In this document: one piece after another, positions 1 to 9,327 of the stretch
Layout: the number at the start of each line of letters is the position of its first letter
How positions within the stretch are numbered: the first letter of the stretch is position 1
Assembly (NCBI GenBank): GCA_038227875.1
Contig: JBBRPR010000016.1
Coordinates: 92,139 to 156,138 of the forward strand
Direction of reading: 5' to 3'
DNA: 64,000 nucleotides
Source of the DNA: Planctomycetota bacterium
GTDB taxonomy: Bacteria > Planctomycetota > SZUA-567 > H5-PLA8
Made by a program: the position numbers and the translations under genes
Notes under the pieces: generated by a model
Databases searched by the model: none
What the model was told of the DNA's origin: nothing
What the model saw: only the letters and a program-made list of their open reading frames with translations

Positions 1-219
1 AGCACCCGCGAATACGCCGCGATCTACGGACTCAACGAAGAACGAATGAAGCGCTGCAAACCCAACGCGATCATCATGCACCCCGGCCCGATCAACCGCG
101 GTATCGAACTGACGCCGGAACTCGCCGACGGCCCGCGCAGCGTGATCCTCGATCAGGTCGAGAACGGATTGGCGGTGCGGATGGCGGTGTTGGATCTGTG
201 TATGACGGCGGCCTCATGA
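1..219 (+). CDS. pyrB: Aspartate carbamoyltransferase catalytic subunit, 3' end (partial)
   Basis: Frame 1 reads [72 protein letters not shown] and Q.ENG..VRMA are ATCase signatures. Directly precedes pyrC. Confidence 0.95.
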   Translation, partial: STREYAAIYGLNEERMKRCKPNAIIMHPGPINRGIELTPELADGPRSVILDQVENGLAVRMAVLDLCMTAAS

Positions 220-432
220 ACCCGGAGGGTTCACAGCCATTAGCCGGTGGTTGAGCGCAGCGATACCACCGGACAGATGCCCTTAACCGACTCAGCACCC
301 CGGAGGGGTGCCAGCGGCGTCGAGGGCCGTAGTGCTAGCACCCCTGCCGGGGTGCTGATCGACTGACACGACGTACCCGGTGGTGTCGCTTCGCTCAACC
401 ACCGGCTAATAGCTATGAACCCTCCGGGTTCA
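217..432. repeat. Long nested palindromic REP-like element between pyrB and pyrC
   Basis: Outer arms tgaacccggagggttcacagccattagccggtggttgagcg... and ...cgctcaaccaccggctaatagctatgaaccctccgggttca are near-perfect reverse complements. Inner pair cagcaccccggaggggtgc / gcacccctgccggggtgctg. Confidence 0.85.
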
Positions 433-445
433 CTGGAGAAAACGA

Positions 446-1768
446 GTGTCCACTCTGCTTCTGAAAAACGGCCGCGTCTTCGATCCTTCCCAGAAATTGG
501 ACAAGGTCGCCGACATCCTCATCGACGTTGCAACAGGGACGATCGCGAAAATCGGCTCCGGCCTGTCCGGCGACACGACCCTCGACTGCTCCGGCAAGCT
601 CGTCTGTCCGGGGTTCATCGACATCCATGTTCACTTCCGAGAGCCAGGCTTCGGCGCGAAAGAAACCATCGCCACCGGTTCGGCGGCGGCCGTGCACGGC
701 GGGTTCTGCACCGTCGTCACCATGCCCAACACCGATCCGCCGATCGACAATCCGACCTCCATCGCCTACCAGTACCTGCAGGCGCGCAACGCGGGCAAGG
801 CGCGGCTCTTTCCGATGGGCTGTATCACCAAGGGACGCGCGGGCACGGAGCTCGCCGAGCTGGGCCTGATGGCGCTGCCCAACAGCGGTTACCCCGGCGC
901 GGTCGCCTTCACCGACGACGGCGCGGCGGTGCCCAGCAGCCAGGTCATGCGCTCGGCGTTCGAGTACGCCCAGTCGCTCAACCGCGTCATCGTCGAACAC
1001 TGCGAAGACCACGACCTCTCGCACGGCGCGATCATGCACGAAGGCAAGGTCAGCGCGGCGCTGGGCATCAACGGTTACCCCAGTGCGGCCGAAGAGATCA
1101 TCGTCGCGCGCGACATCCGCCTGGCCAAGCTCGCCAACGCGCGCTTCCATGTCTCGCACATTTCCGCCAAGGGCGCCGTGCAGCTCGTGCGCGAAGCCAA
1201 GGCCAAGGGCGCGAAGGTCTCCGCCGAAGTCAGCCCGCATCATCTCCTGCTGACCGACGAATGCTGCCGCGGCTTCGATCCCGTCTACAAGATGAATCCG
1301 CCGCTGCGTGAAGCCTCCGACGTCGAAGCGTGCCTCGAAGGCCTGCTCGACGGCACCATCGACTGTTTCGCCTCCGATCACGCGCCGCACACGAGCGAAG
1401 AAAAAGCGCGCGAGTTCATCGACGCGCCCAACGGCATCATCGGCCTGGAATCGAATATCGCCGTGCTGCTGGCGAAGCTGGTGCTGACCGGCAAGATCCC
1501 GCTCGCCCGCTTCGTGGAAGCCTGGACCTCCGCGCCCGCCAAGTGCCTGGGCCTGGATCAGTTCGGCGTCACTGGCAAGCTGCTGGAGAAAGGCAACGCC
1601 GACATCACGGTCCTGGATCTCGATCAGGAATGGAAGCTCGACGCCGCGGTCTTCAAATCCAAAGCGCGCAACTGCCCGTTCAACGGCTGGGCCTTGAAGG
1701 GCGCGCCGGTCTACACGATCGTCGGCGGCGTGGTGCATGAGGCGATCGGGTTGACAGTCAGGAAATAG
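446..1768 (+). CDS. pyrC: Dihydroorotase (type I)
   Basis: PGFIDIHVHFREPG, TMPNTDP, KMNPPLR, ASDHAPH and SKARNCPF motifs; follows pyrB. Confidence 0.95.
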   Translation: MSTLLLKNGRVFDPSQKLDKVADILIDVATGTIAKIGSGLSGDTTLDCSGKLVCPGFIDIHVHFREPGFGAKETIATGSAAAVHGGFCTVVTMPNTDPPIDNPTSIAYQYLQARNAGKARLFPMGCITKGRAGTELAELGLMALPNSGYPGAVAFTDDGAAVPSSQVMRSAFEYAQSLNRVIVEHCEDHDLSHGAIMHEGKVSAALGINGYPSAAEEIIVARDIRLAKLANARFHVSHISAKGAVQLVREAKAKGAKVSAEVSPHHLLLTDECCRGFDPVYKMNPPLREASDVEACLEGLLDGTIDCFASDHAPHTSEEKAREFIDAPNGIIGLESNIAVLLAKLVLTGKIPLARFVEAWTSAPAKCLGLDQFGVTGKLLEKGNADITVLDLDQEWKLDAAVFKSKARNCPFNGWALKGAPVYTIVGGVVHEAIGLTVRK

Positions 1769-1891
1769 GTTTTTGTACTCACGCGGTGCCGCCCAGAATG
1801 GAAACCAGCGGGATTCGGGAATCGGGAATCGCCGTAGCCGAATCCCGCTCGTAGCAGCTTCGCAACTTGCGTGAGAAAAAAACCTCCGCAC

Positions 1892-1920
1892 TTGCACCCA
1901 GCCGCCACTGACTTTATCCT
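1892..1920 (+). promoter_or_regulatory. Putative sigma70-type promoter for carA
   Basis: TTGCAC-17 bp-TATCCT about 50 nt upstream of the carA start. Confidence 0.45.
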
Positions 1921-1967
1921 CTGCGGGATTTGAGATTTTCAAGCCGTTCGCTTCGAGAAAGGATTCC

Positions 1968-3122
<1,155 letters not shown>

Positions 3123-3128
3123 CGAACT

Positions 3129-3263
3129 GAGTCATTGGTCATTGGTCATCGGTCATCGGTCATTTGTCATTTACGAAGAGCGTAGTTGCGAGCCCAAGCT
3201 CCTGCCTACCGCTCCACGTAAATGACAACTGACCGATGACCATTGCCCAATGACCAATGACTC
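3129..3263. repeat. Inverted pair of GGTCATT heptamer tandem arrays
   Basis: 3129-3175 and 3217-3263 are reverse complements at 43/47 positions; each arm is about 6 heptamers. Confidence 0.9.
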
Positions 3264-3336
3264 TGTTTCACTTTCGTATGGTTTATAGCCCTAAGCCTCA
3301 TACAATTAGTGCCGTCGTAGGATGAGAGGATCGGCT

Positions 3337-4248
3337 ATGCGACTCATTCCGCTGCTGGTGTTTGTTCTCGCGCTGGGATTGCGCGCTGAAGATGCGCCGG
3401 TTGTGGAATTGAGCGATCTGCCGGTCCAGGATCCCGCCTACGTCGATCCGCTGGCCCGCGACGTGGCCTCTTCCACCGAGACTCTGAATTCGAACGATTT
3501 TCAGGCCGCTCAGAAGCAGCGTATCGAAGAGACGTTGTCCGCGAGCGAAGAGGTTTTTCGCCACGCGCTGCGGCTGAACAATCGGCGTTTTGGTCTGCGC
3601 GGATCGGTCAATGAATATGCGATGCGCCGCCTCGAAGCGAACCGATCGACCATCGTGATCGTCCCGTTCGGCGCCGAAATCCGTTCCAAGGCGCTCGTGG
3701 CCTTCACGCGTAAGCTGCCCATCACCAGTCAACGCGTGGCGTTGCTGGCCGATGGTTCCATCGTTCGCGTCGAGAACACCGCGCAGCTCCACGCGCTGAT
3801 CGCCTCGACCCTGCGCAACAGCCACTGCACCATCGAACTCCGCCGCGACTGCACGCCCGATGAGGAACGCAATTTTCTGGAAGCGCTGGCGCAGCTGACG
3901 CACGAAGACTTCGACCAGCGCGAAGCCGCCTCGGCGCGGTTGCGCGAAGCGGGATTGAAAGCACTGCCGCTCCTGACGCTCGGCGCGAAATCCGCCGACC
4001 CGGAACGCCGCGAGCGCTGCCGCGACGCGCTGGTCCGGCTCGACCGCTTTTACGCGTTGCGTTCGTACGTCGTGGATTTGCGCAACGAGCTGGGCCTCCC
4101 GGAAATCCCCGACACCGGCAAACCGATCGTCCCCGAGACCGTCCGCGTCGCCGGCGAGATCGTGATCGTCGGCAGCAAGGAGTTCCCACTGGCGCTGCTG
4201 CGGGATTCGTTTCCGGATATTTATGGGAATTTGATCGGCGGGGAGTGA
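3337..4248 (+). CDS. Secreted hypothetical protein with short helical (HEAT-like) motif
   Basis: Signal peptide MRLIPLLVFVLALGLRA; LTHEDFDQREAASARLREAG motif; host-like codon usage. Start could be 3322. Confidence 0.7.
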   Translation: MRLIPLLVFVLALGLRAEDAPVVELSDLPVQDPAYVDPLARDVASSTETLNSNDFQAAQKQRIEETLSASEEVFRHALRLNNRRFGLRGSVNEYAMRRLEANRSTIVIVPFGAEIRSKALVAFTRKLPITSQRVALLADGSIVRVENTAQLHALIASTLRNSHCTIELRRDCTPDEERNFLEALAQLTHEDFDQREAASARLREAGLKALPLLTLGAKSADPERRERCRDALVRLDRFYALRSYVVDLRNELGLPEIPDTGKPIVPETVRVAGEIVIVGSKEFPLALLRDSFPDIYGNLIGGE

Positions 4249-4883
4249 TGCCCAAGTTGCTCGCGAATATCACCGGCGCTCGACAACTACTTCTCGCTTG
4301 GCAAGAGCAGTTTGGAACGCCTTGTATTCCGCAATTGCTCGGCACGGTTTGTGTGCTCGATGAGAAAGTTCATATATTTGAAGTCCTGAGAAACTATGGA
4401 TCCAACAGCTCGGATCACAAATGTTATGGTGTGCCAGACGGTCGTTGGCTGGTCGTGGATATTTTCAAAGATGCCTCGGGTGAAAAGTTGCTGACTGCGA
4501 TTTGCCATCCAAAAATTACTGTGAATTCGTGGACCCGTGGCGATCACCTCTGTTTTGACTCGGGCATTCTGGGCATATTCAATACGAAGGCGATCGAAAT
4601 TCTCCGAAAGCTCCACATTAAAGATGGGAATGAATATCTTGATTTGCCCGAGGTCGATGGAAGGCTTTGTTGGTTTTCAACAGACGTCAAAGAGCCAGAA
4701 GACTATATCGATCAAATCGAGCACTTTAGCGATTTGGGTCTGCAACTGAATTCACTAAATAGAGGAACCAGCGTTATAACCAAAAGTCCACAAGATGCTG
4801 TAGTTGTCCACGGCAAAGACAAGCATGGTAAAATTGGGATGATTGTGTTGGACTACCAGAATTTCATGAAATTGGGTTCCTGA
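4245..4883 (+). CDS. Hypothetical protein, AT-rich
   Basis: 212-aa ORF overlapping the upstream stop (GTGA); visibly lower GC than its flanks. Confidence 0.65.
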   Translation: MMPKLLANITGARQLLLAWQEQFGTPCIPQLLGTVCVLDEKVHIFEVLRNYGSNSSDHKCYGVPDGRWLVVDIFKDASGEKLLTAICHPKITVNSWTRGDHLCFDSGILGIFNTKAIEILRKLHIKDGNEYLDLPEVDGRLCWFSTDVKEPEDYIDQIEHFSDLGLQLNSLNRGTSVITKSPQDAVVVHGKDKHGKIGMIVLDYQNFMKLGS

Positions 4884-4971
4884 CGGCAACTCGGCTTACG
4901 CATGCGTCCGTGTTCTCGGGTCCGTTTCATGTCGCTGCGAACTCGCCGACGAGTTTGTGTTCGCTGCGCTC

Positions 4972-5002
4972 ACCCACCCGAATTCTTCGAATTCGGGTGG
5001 GT
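4972..5002. terminator. Perfect hairpin between convergent genes (possible bidirectional terminator or REP)
   Basis: acccacccgaattc-ttc-gaattcgggtgggt, 14-bp stem; no U-tract. Confidence 0.5.
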
Positions 5003-5029
5003 CACCCCTCGCGGGGAACGCGCTTCGCT

Positions 5030-5060
5030 AATCCGCAATCCGCAATCCGAAATCCGCAAT
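5030..5060. repeat. AATCCGC heptamer tandem array
   Basis: aatccgc aatccgc aatccga aatccgc aat immediately after the ileS stop. Confidence 0.85.
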
Positions 5061-5065
5061 GCCGT

Positions 5066-8000
5066 TTAGGCTCGCTTCAGCGCGATCGTGGCTTTCTCCT
5101 CGTCGACTTCGACCTCCATCGTCTCGTAGCCGTCCGGCAGCGCGCCGACTTGCTGGTCGACGGCCAGCGTCTCCTGGCAGATGTACGCGGAGAACTTCTT
5201 CGCCACATCTTCCAGCCGCGCCGAGCCTTTCAGCGCGATGTGGATGCGCTGCTCGTACGCGAGCTTCAGATCGCCGCGCCAGCCGTTGACGCGGTTGACC
5301 AGCTCGCGCGCCACGCCTTCGTCGAGCAACTCCGGAGTCAGGTGCGTGTCGAGCACCACCACAACGCTCCGGCCACTGGCGGCGGCGTAGCCGTCTTTCG
5401 CTTTGAGCGAGACTTCGACCTCTTCGGGCGTCAGCTCCACTTCCTTGCCGCCAGAAAGCGCCAGCTTCGCCTTGCCGCTGGCCGTCATCTGCGCGCGCAG
5501 GTTCGCGGCGTCGGCTTTCGAGAGCGCTTCCTTCAGCTGCGGAACCAGCTCGCGGTACTTCGCACCGATCGCCTTGAAGTTCGGCTTCAGCTCGTAGTTC
5601 ACGAACTGATCGGCCTGGTGCGCGATCTCGATGGCCTTCACGTTCAGCTCGTCGAGCAGCACCTGCTCGTGCTTGCGCACCGTGGCGTCGAACTTCGCGT
5701 CGCTCAGCACCACAATCACTTTCGAAAGCGGCTGGCGCGTCTTCAGCTTCGCGCCCGATCGCGCGGCACGGCCGAGGCTCGCCACTTCGCGCACCAGCGC
5801 GAACTCGTCGCCCAGCGACGCGTCGATCAACGCTTCGTCGGCTTCCGGGTAATCGCAGAGATGCACGCTCTGCGGCACGTCGTCGCCGAACGGCAGCACG
5901 GACAGATTCTGCCAGAGCTCTTCGGCGAGGAACGGCACGAACGGCGCCGAGAGTTTGGCGACGGTGATCAGCGCTTCGTAGAGCGTCCAGTACGCGCTGA
6001 GCTTCTCCTTGTCGCGCAGGGCGTCCTTGCCCGGCGTCTGCCAGCTCGCCCAGAACCGGTCGCGCGAACGGCGCACGTACCAGTTCGAGAGCGCTTCGAC
6101 AAACGCGTTGAGCGCCTGCGCCGCCGCGTAGATGTCGTACGCGTCGAGCTTCGCGCGGACGGCTTTGACCGTCTGCTGCAGCTCCGACAGGATCCAGCGG
6201 TCGAGCAGCGTCTTTTCCTTCTTGTCCGGATCGAACGTGCCGGGATCGAAGCCGTCGATGTTGGCGTAGATCACGAAGAACGAATAGACGTTGCGCAGCT
6301 TGAGCAGGAATTCCTTCTGCGATTCGCGCACCGCCGGCCGCGAAAACCGCGCGCTGGTCCACGGATTGGTCGACGAATAGAAGAACCAGCGCAACGCATC
6401 CGCGCCTTCCTCATCAAGGATGAGATTCGGGTCGAGGTAATTACCCTTCGACTTCGACATCTTCTCGCCCTTCTCGTCACAGACGTGACCCAACACGAGG
6501 CACGTCTTGTACGGAAGCGGATACGAACGGAAGGACTGAGGACTGAGGGCTGAGGACTGAGGTACTCCGTTCTCTGACCCCTGGCCCCTGACCCCTGACC
6601 CCTCAGCAGCGAAGCTGCTGTTCAGCAGCGTGCTCTCCGCGATCAGCGAATAAAACCACCCGCGCGTCTGGTCGATCGCTTCGCTGATAAAATCCGCGGG
6701 GAAGGCGAGGTTGAATTTCTCCTTCGAGCCGGCCAGATGCGGATAGCCCCACTGCGCGAAGGGCATCGCGCCGCTGTCGTACCAGCAGTCGATCACTTCC
6801 GTCGTCCGCTTCATTTCCTTGCCGCAGGTGCCGCACGAAAACACGGCCGCGTCGATCCACGGCTTGTGGACGCGCAGGTGTTCGTTCAACGACGGGTCCT
6901 TCTTCTTGGCGACGTCAAACGCGTCGAGCCCCTTCGCGTTGGGCTTGCTCTTCAATTCCGCAAACGACGCGACGGCTTCCTGGTGGCCGTTCTCGCACTG
7001 CCACACATTCAGCGGCGTGCCCCAGTAACGTTCGCGCGAGAGCGCCCAGTCGATGTTGCTCTCGAGGAAGCTGCCGAAGCGGCCTTCCTTGATGTGCTCG
7101 GGATGCCAGTCCACCTTCTTATTATTCTCGATAACGTGGCCGATCTCCCGCGTCGTGCGGATGAACCACCCGCCGCGCGCGTAGTAGATCAACGGCGATT
7201 TGCAGCGCCAGCAGAACGGGTAGGGATGTTTGTATCCCTCGCGCTTGAGCAGCAGCCCCCGCGCTTTGAGATCGCGGATGATGTCGTTGTCGGAATCTTT
7301 GACGAAGCGGCCCGAGAATTCACCGCACGCCGCCGTGAAATTGCCGTCCGGCCCGACCAGCTGGATGACCGGCATGCCGACCTTTTTGCCGAGCTGATAA
7401 TCGTCTTCACCGAACGCCGGCGCCATGTGGACGATGCCCGAACCGGTGTCGAGCGTCACGAACTCCGCGGCGTGTACGCGCCAGACATTCTTTTTCTCAT
7501 CGGGCGTGAATTTCGCTTCCTGATTCCATTTAAAGAGCGGCTGATACGCGCGCCCGACCAGCGCCGTTCCCGGCTCGGTCTTGACGACGTCAAACTTCAT
7601 CTTCCCCATCACCGTTTTCACGAGCGCCGACGCCATCACCAGCGTCTCTTCGCCGACTTTGACATGGCTGTATTCGGTGTCGGCCTTCACAGCCAGGCCC
7701 GCGTTGCTGGGAAGTGTCCACGGGGTCGTCGTCCAGGCGAGGTAGCTGGTTTTGTTCGTTTCCCAATCGACATCGCGGAACGTCACGAAGACCGACGGGT
7801 CTTCGACTTCCTGATAGCCCTGGCCGACTTCGTGGCTCGACAGTGCCGTCTGGCAGTGCGGGCACCACGGCAGGATCTTGTGCCCCTTATAGAGCAGATC
7901 CTGCGCATGCAGTTGCTTCAGTGACCACCACACGCTTTCGACGTAGCTCTGATGGTACGTGACGTAGGCGTCGTTGAGGTCGATCCAGAAACCGATCTTC

Positions 8001-8422
8001 TCGGTCAGCTGCTCCCAGTCCTGCGTGTAACGGAAGACCGAGTCCATGCATTTGCGCACGAACGGTTCGACACCGTACTTCTCCACTTCGCTCTTGCCGT
8101 TGAGCTTCAGTTCCTTCTCGACTTCGATCTCGACGGGCAGACCGTGCGTGTCCCAGCCCGCTTTGCGCGGCACGTAGTACCCGCACATGGTTTTGTAGCG
8201 CGGGAAGAGATCCTTGACGACGCGCGTCAGCACGTGCCCGGGATGTGGCTTGCCATTGGCCGTCGGCGGGCCTTCGTAAAAGACCCACGTCTTCGTGCCC
8301 TTCGCCGACTCGCGCTGTTTCATGGATTGCTGGAAGATGCTGTTGGCTTTCCAGAATTCCAGGACGCGCGCTTCGCCCTTGGGGAAGTTGAAGTTGGAAT
8401 CGACCGGTTCGAAGACGGACAT
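5066..8422 (-). CDS. ileS: Isoleucine--tRNA ligase, type 2 (IleRS2)
   Basis: FYEGPPTANGKPHPGH (HIGH), GWDTHGLPVE, DWALSRERYWGTP, DQTRGWFY, KMSKS, LSNWYVRRSR and a long type-2 C-terminus. Confidence 0.97.
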   Translation of the reverse strand: MSVFEPVDSNFNFPKGEARVLEFWKANSIFQQSMKQRESAKGTKTWVFYEGPPTANGKPHPGHVLTRVVKDLFPRYKTMCGYYVPRKAGWDTHGLPVEIEVEKELKLNGKSEVEKYGVEPFVRKCMDSVFRYTQDWEQLTEKIGFWIDLNDAYVTYHQSYVESVWWSLKQLHAQDLLYKGHKILPWCPHCQTALSSHEVGQGYQEVEDPSVFVTFRDVDWETNKTSYLAWTTTPWTLPSNAGLAVKADTEYSHVKVGEETLVMASALVKTVMGKMKFDVVKTEPGTALVGRAYQPLFKWNQEAKFTPDEKKNVWRVHAAEFVTLDTGSGIVHMAPAFGEDDYQLGKKVGMPVIQLVGPDGNFTAACGEFSGRFVKDSDNDIIRDLKARGLLLKREGYKHPYPFCWRCKSPLIYYARGGWFIRTTREIGHVIENNKKVDWHPEHIKEGRFGSFLESNIDWALSRERYWGTPLNVWQCENGHQEAVASFAELKSKPNAKGLDAFDVAKKKDPSLNEHLRVHKPWIDAAVFSCGTCGKEMKRTTEVIDCWYDSGAMPFAQWGYPHLAGSKEKFNLAFPADFISEAIDQTRGWFYSLIAESTLLNSSFAAEGSGVRGQGSENGVPQSSALSPQSFRSYPLPYKTCLVLGHVCDEKGEKMSKSKGNYLDPNLILDEEGADALRWFFYSSTNPWTSARFSRPAVRESQKEFLLKLRNVYSFFVIYANIDGFDPGTFDPDKKEKTLLDRWILSELQQTVKAVRAKLDAYDIYAAAQALNAFVEALSNWYVRRSRDRFWASWQTPGKDALRDKEKLSAYWTLYEALITVAKLSAPFVPFLAEELWQNLSVLPFGDDVPQSVHLCDYPEADEALIDASLGDEFALVREVASLGRAARSGAKLKTRQPLSKVIVVLSDAKFDATVRKHEQVLLDELNVKAIEIAHQADQFVNYELKPNFKAIGAKYRELVPQLKEALSKADAANLRAQMTASGKAKLALSGGKEVELTPEEVEVSLKAKDGYAAASGRSVVVVLDTHLTPELLDEGVARELVNRVNGWRGDLKLAYEQRIHIALKGSARLEDVAKKFSAYICQETLAVDQQVGALPDGYETMEVEVDEEKATIALKRA
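6532..6604. repeat. Two heptamer arrays (AGGACTG x4, CTGACCC x4) inside the ileS reading frame
   Basis: Encodes EGSGVRGQGSENGVPQSSALSPQS between the DQTRGWFY and KMSKS motifs. Confidence 0.9.
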
Positions 8423-8453
8423 AGTGTTCTACTCCAGTGGCGCCGCAAGCGGC

Positions 8454-8486
8454 GAGGGGTCAGGGGTCAGGGGCCAGTGGTCAGAG
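8454..8486. repeat. CAGGGGT heptamer array in the ileS 5' region
   Basis: gaggggtcaggggtcaggggccagtggtcagag; reverse complement of 6572-6604 at 32/33 positions. Confidence 0.9.
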
Positions 8487-8548
8487 CTTCGCGGGACGAG
8501 CCGAGATGCGTTGACCGTTGCTCCGGAGACCTTTAAAAAGTGAACAGT

Positions 8549-8581
8549 AAAAACGAAAACGGGCCATTCCCATGGCCCGTT
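8549..8581 (-). terminator. Intrinsic terminator (attenuator) in the ileS leader
   Basis: Minus strand aacgggccat-ggga-atggcccgtt followed by ttcgttttt. Confidence 0.8.
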
Positions 8582-8656
8582 GAGCATCCTCTTTCCGTTG
8601 AACGTGAACTTCAGCTTAAGCCATCAACCGGTCGAAGCGCTCATCGGCCCAGGGAG

Positions 8657-8710
8657 CTATCTCCCGGGCCAAAGTAATAGGCGATCCACCGTCCGCAGCC
8701 AGCATGGCAT
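8657..8710 (-). CDS. Putative attenuator leader peptide MPCWLRTVDRLLLWPGR
   Basis: GGAG SD 5 nt before the ATG; CTA-TTA-CTT Leu run directly before a hairpin that contains the stop codon; antiterminator and terminator follow. Confidence 0.55.
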   Translation of the reverse strand: MPCWLRTVDRLLLWPGR

Positions 8711-8924
8711 TCACGCTCCCGTAGTGCAGGTTTCAAATAGACCACCTTTGGTGCGTGGTGTCAAGTCCTCCGCCTGGGTTGCTTTCGAAGAGGGCAACCG
8801 GAACGCTACGTAGTCCGGGCGTCCCGCCCGGTCTAACCGCGCCAAACGCAGAAGAGACGAACGTTTCGATTAGCGCGTGTTCTATCGCGAAGCAAGGACT
8901 ACGAAACTGCCCGCGATGAAAACC

Positions 8925-9003
8925 TAAATTTCAATATTTACTTCTTGACAAAGCCTATTTAACGGTCTATAGTTATTAATTGAAGCGTAGTGGTCTTTGA
9001 CAA
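8925..9003 (+). promoter_or_regulatory. Strong sigma70-type promoter with AT-rich UP region and boxA-like motif
   Basis: TTGACA(8945-8950)-17 bp-TATAGT(8968-8973); TGGTCTTTGACAA at 8991-9003. Confidence 0.75.
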
Positions 9004-9024
9004 CCCAAGAGCTCTTCCCGACTA

Positions 9025-9157
9025 CCTCGGATCGCACCCGCTGCGCCGGCTGCCGCAGCGCCGTGCGTGTTGTTCTCGGCGCCCCACCGCGACCGGCGCA
9101 CGAGGCGCGCCGAACCTGACAAGTACAACAACGATGTTGTACGGAAAATATCCGAGG
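9025..9157 (+). ncRNA. Candidate structured RNA (multi-stem junction)
   Basis: Closing helix cctcggat/atccgagg encloses stems cgctgcg/cgcagcg, tcggcgc/gcgccga and gtacaaca/tgttgtac; lies downstream of the promoter with no convincing ORF. Confidence 0.35.
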
Positions 9158-9168
9158 ACCTGAAAACC

Positions 9169-9250
9169 GTAACATTTTGTAACATTCTGTAACATTTGCC
9201 TATGAAGTCTGTGTGGTACTTCACCCCGTGCAATCGACCCAAATGTTACA
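9169..9250. repeat. GTAACATT 10-bp-period direct repeats x3 plus one inverted copy
   Basis: gtaacatttt gtaacattct gtaacatttg (9169-9198); caaatgttaca (9240-9250). Confidence 0.75.
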
Positions 9251-9271
9251 TGCGGCAGCCTTGAGCCAACC

Positions 9272-9327
9272 CTCGGGCCACGTGGCCCGGAGGTCATTTT
9301 GACCCTGGGGACAATTGTCCCTGAGGG
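9272..9327. repeat. Three-palindrome module, copy 1
   Basis: gggccacgtggccc - ggtcattttgacc - gggacaattgtccc; second copy at 52614-52673. Confidence 0.85.

Noticed and set aside
3129..3263. CRISPR array
   Set aside because: These are 7-nt tandem units in inverted arms, with no repeat-spacer pattern and no cas genes anywhere in the window.
8423..8770. T-box riboswitch for ileS
   Set aside because: No T-box antiterminator consensus next to the terminator and no recognisable stem I. The AAGGTGGT-like string lies in the putative promoter spacer.
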